The position numbers were made by a program, and so were the translations under genes. This document shows positions 52,930 to 64,000 of a stretch of DNA of 64,000 nucleotides, piece after piece. The stretch is from assembly GCA_964016885.1 (NCBI GenBank), contig OZ024740.1:270940001-271004000 (forward strand), in the 5' to 3' direction. The notes below the pieces were generated by a model. It was not told the DNA's origin. It saw only the letters and a program-made list of their open reading frames with translations, and did not search any database. This DNA is from Eledone cirrhosa (lineage: Eukaryota). Numbering within the stretch: the first letter of the stretch is position 1; each line of letters opens with the position of its first letter.

Positions 52930-55139
52930 ATGGAATTCTTTAAGATCTCTTCTTCTCTAAAAGACATACCTCTACCTAGGAACAAAGATTTTATTAAACA
53001 ATTAATAGAAAAATCAGACTCTTTTATAAGAAGAATCAGGTGGCGTGCTTTCCACTTTGATAAATCTAATCTAAATGAAAATGTTTCAAATCTGGATAAA
53101 ATTTTTAAATCTAAAAAAAATCCACCTCCCAACAAACTACTAATGGATTTTGAAAACGATATAGTATCTATCATCCAAGGCATCAAATTCAAGAGAAACT
53201 GCAAAGGCCAGGACTACTTAAGATGTATTAAGGATAATATTGAAAACCTGGAGAAAACAGAGAAAATTTTAGTGAAGTCGGACAGAACTAATAACCTTTA
53301 TGGAGTACAAATGGACTTATATTGAAAGAACTAAGGAAAAAGTACAAGGTAGCAAGTAAGGACGAACTTGAAAAACTGAATACAGATGCATCCTGTATAA
53401 TGCATGAATTAGACATTGAGAATAAAACACAACCCTTCATGCCTAGGAAACCCAAGATCAATATGAAGGATCACAAAAGAAACTTTGAAAATGATTTACC
53501 GGTCAGATTAATTGCACCATCCAAATCTGACCTGGGAAAACTTAGCAAAAATATTCTAGACAGGGTAATACAACAAATTATAAACTTACCTAATTTATCT
53601 TACTTAAACTTATGGAAAGGGACTAGTGAGGTTATTGATTGGTTTAAAGAAATTAAATATAACTGTAATAATAAGTTTATTCAGCTGGATATTGCTAACT
53701 ACTATTCATCTATCACTCCTAATCTACTGAATAAGGCACTAAATTACGCATTTAAACATACTGACCTAACTAGCAATGAAATGCACATTATATTATCGGC
53801 AAGGAAAACATTGATAGAATTTAATAACCAACTCTGGACTAGGGCAGATAGAAATAATAATTTCGACATAACTATGGGATCATCAGACTCAGCTCAGGTA
53901 ACGGACCTTGTGGGCCTATTTATAATTAATTCGCTACATAGAAAAATACCAGGTGTAACCGGAGGATTATATCGTGATGACATGCTTTTACTTATAGAAA
54001 ATAATAGCTGTGAACTAAATAGAAAAAGAAAACATTATACAATTTTTTAATTACCTTAATCTAAAAATAGAAATAGAGAATAACCATAGAATAGTCAATT
54101 TTCTTGATGTAACACTAAATCTCAACACATGTCTTCACTATCCATTTCACAAACTAAATGAGAACTTGAATTATGTCAACTTTAACTCTAATCACCCCCA
54201 GATCTGTTAAAAATACTATAGTGAACTCTGTTCAAGAACGAATTTCAAGAATTTCATCTAATAAAATTATATTTGATGAAAAAGCGCAGTATTACAACGA
54301 AGCGTTAGGTAGAGCTGGATATAGAAATAAAATTAAATACATCGATAATAATAATAATAAGCAAACTAACCAAAATAATAACAATTTCAATTACACTAAC
54401 AACTTTAACAACTATAATAGAAAACATTACAATAATTCCAAAAACCGAAAAAGAAATAGAACTAGAAATATATTATGGTTTGCTCCCCCTTTCTCACTAA
54501 ATATTAAAACCCCTATTGCTAAACTATTCTTTAAAGCTCTTGACACACGCTTCCCTAGAACACATAAATATTACTCAATTTTTAATAGACACATTATAAA
54601 ATTAACTTACTCGTCCACCAAAAATTTAGCACAAAATATTAATAGAATTAATAATAGGAATTTAAAACCTAACCAAAATACCAATAATAACCCAAACAAT
54701 ATTCAATTAAATAACTGTAACTGTAGAAATAAATCTAACTGTCCGTTAAATAACAACTGCTTAGCTAAAAATGTAGTGTACAATTGTAATGTTAAAACTA
54801 ATTTAAATTCATTTAACTATGTTGGTTCCACCTCTACAGAATTTAAATTTCGCTTCAATAATCATAAGAATTCTTTCACAGATCCAAACAAAAAATCTTC
54901 AACTTCACTATCTAGCCTACTATGGGACCTATAAACGAGATAATATTAAATATTCGATGAATTGGAATATTATTTCAAAAGCTACTCCTTTTAATTCCTC
55001 TTCAGAGAATTGTGATCTTTGTATTGAAGAAATATTCTTTATATTAAAGTCCAAAAATTCCCTTAATCTAAGGAACAATTTATTCAGTTACTGCAGACAT
55101 AGATTGAACTCAACGTTTAAATATAAATTTAAAATGTAA
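52930..55139 (+). pseudogene. PLE reverse transcriptase-GIY-YIG polyprotein, frameshifted about 4 times
   Basis: FIQLDIANYYSSI, FDITMGSSDSAQVTDLVGL, GLYRDDML, VNFLDVTLNL, CNCRNKSNCPLNNNC (CxCx5Cx5C), VVY...YVGST...FKFRFNNH, CDLC, CRH. Confidence 0.92.
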
Positions 55140-56621
55140 TATATAATTAATTAAGTAATTTTAGTTAATATATGGAACCTGTCGATAAATCATTAGATTC
55201 CTTCACCTTTTTCTTTTTAAACTTTCTTCCTAAATATAAACAAGGATATAATAAACTACTCTAAAATGTCTATACTTCCAATGTATTAAATACAATATAC
55301 GTAAGATAAATTTCTATACTAAATATAAGGTTATCTGTAGAATCATTGGGTTTTTTAAATCTTTTAAATTATTTTTATTTATTTGTTTTGATTATGATAG
55401 CTTCTCATAACTTTCATAAGTCTACCCTCTCAATATTTTGATATAATCCTTTAGTAATATATTGATATGTGATTATCTCTATACAAATGCATATGTGTGT
55501 GTTAACACGCATAAAAAGTGTTATAGGTTTTTTTGCGTCTATATATGTCTGTATGTATACATGAATGATGCGTGAGGACGCACGCAAATATTTATTTATA
55601 CATATGTATGTGTATATATGTATGTGTATATATCTATGTGGTTGAGAGGTATGTTGCAGATATGCATAATATTAAACACATGAAGGGTAATCATATATAT
55701 GAGGACATGAATGTTAATCGTATATATTTGTATATATATACTGTGAAATTTTTATAACACAAGGAATCTATAGCAGTGAATAAGAGAATTCATTTACGTT
55801 TTGTATGGCTATATTGTTGGCTTGAGTAAACATAATTTCTATTTTCAGGACGTGCGTATCTATATGTATATATATATATATACATATATATTTGTATGTC
55901 TTTGCATAAAATACTGATCTCTATAGCAAGGGTACATTTTGAACTCAGATTTTGGTATATTGATCTCAAGTTTCTAAACTAAACATATGGTCATTATTGA
56001 ACAATGTTTAATTTCTCATATTATATATCTATGTCCCATTCATGAATATTGATACTTATATTTTTATTATTCATTTCATATAAATTGTTAACTCAACTTA
56101 ATATGACATGACGTAAAGTTTTCATTGCCCCCCCCCCCCCCTCTCTATATATTATTCCTCTCTCTTGAGTTTTTCTTTCTGTATGATGACTTGATATCTC
56201 TCTGTTGCTTTCCTTTGTTTTTCTTATTTCTTCCTTTTCTTTCTTTTTTCTTTTTTCTTTTTTATTTTTTATTTCCTCCTATCGTTATTTATCTCTTTCT
56301 TTTCTCCATACATTTCTCTCTCTCTCCGATATTTCTCCAGGTTTTCTTTTTCTTTTTCTTTCTCTTTTTTTCTTTCTCTTTTTTTCTTTCTCTTTTTTTC
56401 TTTCTCTCTCTCCATCTTTGTTCTTTTCTCTCTCTCCGTCTTTTTTCTTTTTCTTTTTCTTTTTCTTTTTCTTTTTCTTTTTCTCCGTCTTTTTCTAATT
56501 GTACTTAACACTATGACTTATTAAAACAATATAAACAATTCACTATCCAGACAGCCTCCAAAAGTAATGGTTGTATTTTAAAAGGGTACGTCAAAGCTAT
56601 TTGTAAAACTGTTATATATTG

Positions 56622-56686
56622 TATTTTGTCTGATGAAGGCATACCATAATTTAATGTGGTATCCCTGAAATATGTATAATGAAATA
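56622..56686 (+). ncRNA. Type I hammerhead ribozyme in the 3' pseudo-LTR
   Basis: tattttgt CTGATGA aggcataccat...tggtatccct GAAA tatgt ATA atgaaata. Confidence 0.8.
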
Positions 56687-56949
56687 AATATGGTTTTATA
56701 AATATAGTTTCCATTTATTAATATCGTATATCTACTCCAAAAGCTTGTCGAGTGCTTTATATCAGTTATAAAAATATTTACTTGTTGTATCCCAACAACT
56801 TTAAATAGAACTTTTGCATATATTCTGCTCCTGTATTGTTGAGCACTTTACATTATAACTGAAAAAAATGGAATTCTTTAAGATCTCTTCTTCTCTAAAA
56901 GACATACCTCTACCTAGGAACAAAGACATACCTCTACCTAGGAACAAAG

Positions 56950-57880
56950 ACGAATCATTCACTGTATCTAAATGCAATGATAGTCGATGCGGCACATGTC
57001 AATCCATACACGCCGGTCAATATATGAAAACAAAAACTGGAAAAATATTCCCAAATGCAAATATGAACTGCAAAAGCAGAAATCTAATTTACTGCATTAA
57101 ATGCCCGAATTGTGAAGAACTATATGTCGGTCAAACTGGAAATGCACTATCGGAACGTGCACGGGTACACCGTCAACAAATCAGAGACCCAAATGTCCGT
57201 CAGATACCCCTAAGTAACCATCTAGCAACATGTGGTCAGTGAATATTTATAATATTCCCATTCTACAAATTACACAGCCCAAGTGAAATCAAGAGAAAAA
57301 TCAAAGAAAAGAATTTTATTGATAAATTCAAACCCAAGCTAAATGAACAATAATAACGCTTAGGGGTATTACTTCTACTACCACTACGACTACGACCACT
57401 AGCAACAACAACAACAACAACAACAATAATAATAATAATAAAAGTGATGTTGATGGTGATGATTAATAGGAAATGCTATTTTCATCATTTCTAAAAATAG
57501 CAAAACAATTGATGCTTTGGATATGATTAATTATTGGTCGTTAGACATGCTCAACCAGCCGTGACGCTTAAACCAATCAGCTTTAGTAATTCAGTGAAAC
57601 TACACACTGATTGGCCGAAATACAGTTTGCAGGGCTTATCACTCTGGAGCCACTTTTCCCTGTATAAAATGTATAAAAGGTAGGAAATTTACCCATCTTA
57701 TTACAGTTGAAAATTGCAAACTTGACTGTCACCACATATTATGAACCTGAAGATTGCGAAAGCATGAAAGTACTTGTTCAATTAACACTTAGAATTTAAT
57801 ATTCTATCATACTATTTCATTATAATACCATTATAAATTTTAAAGGATTGTAAATAAAACGAGTAAATCAGACAATATAC
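56950..57880 (+). mobile_element. 5'-truncated Neptune-like PLE: GIY-YIG (56950-57353), UTR, pseudo-LTR with HHR
   Basis: SKCNDSRCGTC...NCKSRNLIYCIKCPNCEELYVGQTG...RVHRQQI...SNHL...*IFPFYKL...KEKNFIDKFKPKLN. Confidence 0.85.
57742..57780 (+). ncRNA. Minimal type I hammerhead ribozyme
   Basis: tgaac CTGAAGA ttgc-gaaa-gcat GAAA gta CTT gttca; palindromic stem III AGTACT. Confidence 0.85.
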
Positions 57881-57885
57881 ATATA

Positions 57886-57921
<36 letters not shown>

Positions 57922-57969
57922 CATTTATACATATATATATATATACATTTATATATATATACATATGTG

Positions 57970-58177
57970 AAGGCGTGTGGCTGAATGGTTAGAGAATTGG
58001 ATTCGCAATCGTAAGGTTGTGAGTTCAATTCCTGGACCGGGCGATGCGTTATGTCCTTGAGCAAGACACTTTATTTCACGTTGCTCCTACCTGGAGTTGC
58101 GACCGATAGATAGTATTAGCAATTGGAAAGACCAACAGAAACATTGTTCCCTCGGTCCGATTTGACGAAAGTCGATC
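57970..58177 (+). mobile_element. SINE family B copy
   Basis: A box tggctgaatgg, B box gagttcaattcc, core gtccttgagcaagacacttt. Confidence 0.85.
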
Positions 58178-58203
58178 ATTCCTAAAAATATATATATATA
58201 TAC

Positions 58204-58275
<72 letters not shown>

Positions 58276-58565
58276 GGATGGTTTTCCGAAGAGGATCGTA
58301 GTCCTGCAGAAATCATTTCTATATAAAATAAATCAGCATATATATATATATATGGGGGGGGAGGTCTGTGTCTGTGTGTCTATGTGTGTGTATTTATTTA
58401 CCTCTAGTCTAGCGTATTTTACCATGCGTTTCTTAGCATGGTGGTGGCGTTGGACTTACCTGGGGGTATTCCCAGGTATATTGATTTATTTACCATCTTC
58501 ATTCTATATTTCCCTTAGAATGATGAGACTAGACCACTGACGAGTACCTGAGTCTCATGTCGTTT

Positions 58566-58738
58566 AATAATTGTTTCTACTTTTGGCACAAAGCCATCAA
58601 ATACCCAGTACATTACTGGTACTTTATTCTATCGACCCCGTAAGGATGAAAGGCAAAGTTAACCTCGGCGGGATTTGAACTCAGACCGTTAAGGGTTGTA
58701 ACTATGCAGGAAAGCATAGCGTCCGACCCTCTACCGAT
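58566..58738 (-). mobile_element. SINE family A copy
   Basis: TSD-like gtcgtttaataat on both sides. Confidence 0.85.
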
Positions 58739-59124
58739 ATCGTCGTTTAATAATAATCGATAATTTGTCTTCGATGATCGATTATATTGATTGGTTTTTT
58801 ACCTTCGGTGATCGATTACAAAGATCGATTTTTAGCCACACTATTCAGGTATGAAATGGCGTTATAAGGTATCACTTATGATTCCACCTTGTATATATTC
58901 TTCTATAGAATATTTATTTGGTATATATACAATATACCACGTTTCTTGTGTGATATATGGCTCTTTCTCTCTCTCTATATATATATATACATATATCTCT
59001 TTATTTGGTTATTATGGCTCTAGATAAAGTCGATTGAGCTTACTTATTGAGAAACACAAAATTCTAAACAAATTTGATATGCTTTGATTCATTACTTGTG
59101 TATATATATATATATATATATAAC

Positions 59125-59310
59125 AAAGGAATTGTGGTAAGGAACCAGATGGACCATAACGTACCAGAGTACTCAATACTTAGGGTAGTAGAGTGGAAAT
59201 AGGAAAAAGTATGACCCCGACGGCAGAGCTCAAGCCGTTTCGACGGCTATTTCTGGACTAGAAATAGCCGTCGAAACGGCTTGAGCTCTGCCGTCGGGGT
59301 CATACTTTTT

Positions 59311-59315
<5 letters not shown>
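59125..59315. repeat. PLE pseudo-LTR fragment folded back in HHR stem II (palindrome 59199-59315)
   Basis: ...agccgtc GAAACggc ttgagctct gccGTC ggggtc; no CUGANGA present; (TA)n on both sides. Confidence 0.75.
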
Positions 59316-59383
<68 letters not shown>

Positions 59384-60059
59384 GGAAATTGTATATATAT
59401 ATATATGCAATTTCTGTTTGACGGAAAGAAACATCATTCGTGCCTTAAATTCCTTAAGGGAAGGATGTTCCTTGTTTAGACGGAATAAAGTTTTATTTAG
59501 AAATGTTCGGTTGTACTACTGAAAAGTGGCAAACACTTTCGTATTTTTATAAATGTCGTACGTTTCAAGTTTATTGTTCAGTGTGGAGATAAACTGTTTA
59601 GTTGTTTTTTCTAACATTGAGAAGGCTATTCAGAAAATGTTCATTTTAGCGAAAGATTCAATGTGCAGCAAGGAGAGACCTTTCAGCAAGTTAATTAAGA
59701 AAGACTGTTTGCATTGAAAGTGAGAAAACTGAAAAGTAAATATTTTGATATTATTGAAGAGTTATTTTAGTCAAAGAAAACGTAGTTTTAAAACGCATTT
59801 TAAATTCATTCATAAAACTTGCTAAAAATATGTGCAAACAAGACAATTATTTTAAAGTAATATCTGTTCTATAATTCAAATATATTGCAGGATTTTATTA
59901 TCATTTTTTACAGAAAAATATAGGGGATCGCACAATAAACAGGTATTTGTTTGGAGGGAATAGTATTCATGCATTTTTCGGTGACAGCGACTTAACTGTT
60001 AGACCAACCATACCTTGTTCCGTTATCGTTAAGTATTGCATGCCAAATAAGCAGCTTCT

Positions 60060-61360
60060 TCATCAAAATTGATGACGTCACGATTATAGTTCTCCCACAA
60101 GAAATCATGTTCCATTCTATCAAGTACATTGTTGATACCTTATTCTTTAATGGAACGTAGCATAGTTTCCGGTCTATCGTTTACCCAGGCCTGAACACCC
60201 CCACACACATACAGTTTCTAGTATCGGAGCCCACATGATTTTCCCCCTTTCAATCGTCCATCTTTCTTTAGATTGTTCATAGCATCCATAAAGGTTTTGA
60301 TCGCGCAGGCATCAAGTGGTTGCACAATGTCGGTTAGACATCCAAGTAGCAGCCTACATCTATGTTGGGGGATCCAACTGGAGTGACAACACTATTTATG
60401 AATTGATATTTGTCTTTCCCTACTGCCAGTGGTCTGGAACACGAAATTTGTTTCAGTCATGTTTTCAGCACTCTTCATGGATATGGCCAACAACTCGTTT
60501 AGGGATTTTCTGTTTTACTATTGGCTTTAGTTTTGTGCCGTATGCTATGCAGGTTATCTATCTATCTATCTATCTAGGGCGAGTAAAATTCCCGAGATCC
60601 ATGGACGAGTTCTCTACAGCGGTCTCTGTCCTTCATCATCGCCGCCATGTTCTTCGTCTCACAGAGACCAGTGTCTGCCCTTAGGGCATTAATAGATGTC
60701 ATCCTCGGTCAGCCTCTTCTAGTGTCTCCATGTAGGGGCTTCTATAGGACCACTGAGTGCAGTGTCAACTCTGAATGTCGGTTAGCATGTCCAAGAGACT
60801 CACTCAGATGGTAGATGTGTGCTACACGAGAATGCTGAGGATGGCTCTGAACATTAATCAGTATACACTGAGGATAAAGAACTCAGAGCTGTACGGGAGC
60901 CTCCCAAAAGTCAGCTCGAAAGTAACACAGAGGAGACTGAGGTTACGCATTTGAACACGATTGTAAATCTCGTGATTTCATAATCAGTTGTCCTCACTAG
61001 TACTGTCCTTCTACACACATGCTTTATTCATTGTTTTACCGAATAACATGTCAAGATTCATTCTAGTTTCATCCAGATTTCCAATACTTACCAATCTCTT
61101 CGTTCTTCTTTCTCTGTTTGATAATACATTTCTGAAATGAAGTTTCTTCGATTTCCACAGAGAGATATTGTGAAATGTCAGTCTTTTTTTGCAGGACAAG
61201 ATTATATCTTTCCACAAATATGGTGCACCGACCAATACTAGACATGAAAACAAATGTATATACTTCATCTTCCAGCTGTGTTCGTCTGTCCTCTATTTAC
61301 ATATTTCTTCTTATGCATCTGTCTGAACTATGTTAACAACTACTTCTAGTTTCTAACATT
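60060..61360 (-). pseudogene. Decayed pogo/Tigger DDE transposase, interrupted by an RTE fragment
   Basis: IGNLDETRMNLDM, GTKLKPIV, IVQPLDAC, QAW...PETMLRS...GINNVLD...DFLWE. Confidence 0.75.
60575..60945. mobile_element. RTE-type LINE 3' fragment with inversion
   Basis: Homologous to 36570-36850 and 37345-37407. Confidence 0.75.
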
Positions 61361-61613
61361 ATTCTCTATGATGTTATATTCACTTGCAACTGCACAATTA
61401 TTTGTCTTGTCTGTATACGCAGGCGCACATGTATAAATACATAAATGCATGCATACATACATACATACATGCATAAATAAATGCATACATGCATACATAC
61501 ATACATACATTCATACACACATGCATGCATACATACATACATACATACATACATGCATACATACATACATACATACATACATACATACATACATACATAC
61601 ATACATACATACA

Positions 61614-62222
61614 TGGTGGCTGCCAACTCGTTTTCGAGTACGGCCACTACTTTATATCCATGTAGGAGAACCCCTACCGATGCGCTGAACGAGTGTGACT
61701 TTTTAGTCCAGCCAGCGACTTGAAAACTCTGGTACAAACACTACACTTGTGACAATTATTGACACATAGTGCTAGGCCCATGGTACCATGTGACGACAAG
61801 TGCAGAGAGATCTCCAGATATAAAGCAATGCCTGTGCCGTGAAGCTTTTATAGTGAGCAAAGGCACTGCACAAAGCCAGTCCCACTCTCTTAACTAAGAT
61901 GATATTTACAAAAAAGAAGAACAAGTCAACATCATTGGATACCATCAGGGTTGCAGGTGTTATATCAGAGTTTTCCTTCTCCTAGAATTCTGCTTTGACA
62001 AAGGCTAAGGGGTCATCTCTCCCGGTGATTTTGGATGGCCATTGACTCTTAAGAGCTCCTTTGCCCTTTGACAGGTTTTGTTTTTAGTCCTGCAGGATGT
62101 CCAAAGTCACCCTCCTCAACAAGAAACCTTGGTGGAGTTGCCAGTTTAGTCGCCAACGACCCGACCATGAGACAGGTTGTACTAGGATACATGTTACCAG
62201 TAGCACCAACTGGTGACCTGAC
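61614..62222 (-). mobile_element. RTE-leader-like repeat between (CATA)n tracts
   Basis: Shares segments with 32860, 36290 and 48350-48900; class assignment inferred. Confidence 0.45.
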
Positions 62223-62550
62223 ACATACATACATACATACATACATACATACATACATACATACATACATACATACATACATACATACATACATACATAC
62301 ATACATACATACATACATACATACATGCATGCATGCGTTTCTACTTGAATCTACATTGACATAAAATATAGGTTTGCTAAAAACGTGTCTTCAACCGTTG
62401 CCATAGAAGATGGAGGAAAAATACGATATGTGACTAAGGACGGCTAGTAACCATGTTGGTATACTCTAGTATTTTCTTTGTTTTCGATTTTCTTTTAGTA
62501 CATGCAATATGTTTATATTATCAATATATATTATTATTTGGAGTCGATTG

Positions 62551-62920
62551 GTGGTCGATTGGCAGTATCGGTAGATCGTCGGACAACATACTTTGCGGCA
62601 TATAGTTACGGCCCTTTACGCTTTGATTTCAAATCCCACCGAGGTAAGCTTTGCCTTTCATCATTAGGTGCGTCGATAAAATAAAGTACCAGTAATTCAC
62701 TGGAGTCAATTTAATCAACTTTCCTTCCCTTTAAAGTTGTTGGCCTTGTGTCTAAATCAGAAAACATTATCTTTGCATTTTATGAATTTAATATTGTATT
62801 GTTTTGTATTAATCAATTACGGTGGTCGATAAAATAAAATACCAGTAACGCATTGGGCTCGATATAATCGACTTTCTCCACCACAAAAATTGTTGGCCTT
62901 GTGTCAAAATCAAAAACTAT
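62551..62920 (+). mobile_element. SINE family A copy plus partial tandem copy
   Basis: Head, core and repeated gtcgataaaataaa tail. Confidence 0.75.
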
Positions 62921-63729
62921 TATTTGGTGTTGCTAGTTCGAAGAAAGATTATGTAGAAGCGATCATTTGATCTGCTAAATTTATCAGCCTTACTTGTTTC
63001 TTTGGAGAGTTAGATTTCTACGTAGATTGTGTAATATCGCTATAGTCATGTAGTTGTATGTGTTTTAGGTGTACTCGTCCATGTTTTATTTTGTCGACTC
63101 ATGAGAATGTTTAGGTTTTTTTTTTTTTAATTTCTCTACAATATTTTTATTTTTTAATGGAAGAAACAAAACCTTAGTTTCATTAGAATACAATTCTTGT
63201 GTTTTGTATCTGTTTTCCTGGTGCGGTGTTTGGTGACTTATTTTGATAAAAGTATTTTATAACAGATTTTATATGATTCTGAATTCGTTAATATAAAGTA
63301 TGATGTGGTTTATCCGTTGCTAGAATTATTGATCCTGATATTCTTTTCTATAGTGTTTTTTTCTGTCTGTCTTGTTGTGTATGTTGAATGCAAATGAATT
63401 CTTTGTTTAGTTGTTTGATGTTATATTTTGTATCACTTATGTGTGTATTGACGTAGTGTTTGAAGTGTATTCATATGTTTTATAGATTGGCTTCGTTCTG
63501 TAGTTCGGGTTGTATTTGATATTTTTATTTGATATGTTGTTGTTTTTTTTTTAGTGCTTCTATACCAGTTTTATTCATCCTTCATTTTCGAAGATGATGA
63601 AGTCTCCACCTATTAGATACTGGCAGTACTTAATAAATAGTTTCAGAAACGGAAAACGCAGCCACTTTTGAGCGACGGAGAAACGTAACTGCTCCCGGCG
63701 ATTACGCTAAACTGTTCGTATGACTTCAG

Positions 63730-63975
63730 GTGCCGAGGTCAACTTTACCTTTCATCCATTCGAAGTCGATAAAAAGTACCAATCAAGTATTGGGGGTCGA
63801 TTCTTCCTCAATATCTCTTCCTAACTTCCTATATTTCACTCTCTATCCTTCTCTGGAAAAAATCTGCTGTATTCAGACCTGGAGAGGATTTAGCTCCGTC
63901 AGGTTTTAAAATGCCCTAGAAACGCCGTATGTCAATATGGCGCCCCTATTACTCTATCAGCAATTACGGGACCTT
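63730..63975 (+). mobile_element. SINE family C copy (partial)
   Basis: Matches 46000-46235. Confidence 0.7.
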
Positions 63976-64000
63976 GTATGCATGTATGAATTCGGGACTG

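Larger units (their letters stand above)
51990..56950 (+). mobile_element. Near-complete Naiad-type Penelope-like element: inverted 5' segment, pseudo-LTR, RT-GIY-YIG ORF, 3' UTR, pseudo-LTR
   Basis: Inverted segment 51990-52254 mirrors 52525-52790; direct repeats 52256-52990 and 56142-56926 include the ORF start; inserted after (TA)n. Confidence 0.92.

Noticed and set aside
54710-55100. Selenocysteine recoding as reported for some Naiad elements
   Set aside because: All conserved Cys positions use TGT or TGC; no in-frame TGA there
57240-57242. In-frame TGA in the GIY-YIG as possible selenocysteine
   Set aside because: Does not align to a Cys in the related 9955-10419 domain; more likely a nonsense mutation
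62950-63600. Possible APE endonuclease relic (rc EFICIQHT)
   Set aside because: Single weak motif in low-complexity sequence

Overview
AT-rich, microsatellite-saturated eukaryotic DNA; the repeat repertoire suggests an octopus/cephalopod genome (inference). I can identify no host protein-coding gene, and most ORF-track entries are microsatellite translations. The window is a transposon graveyard: more than 25 tRNA-derived SINE copies, decayed Tx1/L1, R4/Dong, RTE, CR1 and CRE LINE pieces, hAT/mariner/pogo DNA elements, and Penelope-like elements (PLEs), including a near-complete Naiad-type PLE at 51990-56950. The most striking signal is a hidden set of roughly 15 hand-folded hammerhead ribozyme (HHR) motifs from at least 7 distinct PLE-type families. 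They sit in short fold-back palindromes next to (TA)n tracts. Several carry non-canonical cores (U3-A8 swap, U3-A8 plus A13C, U4A, U10.1-U11.1), several palindromes turn around inside the ribozyme, and one shows iterated hairpin copying. All RNA folds were done by eye; none was computed or tested.
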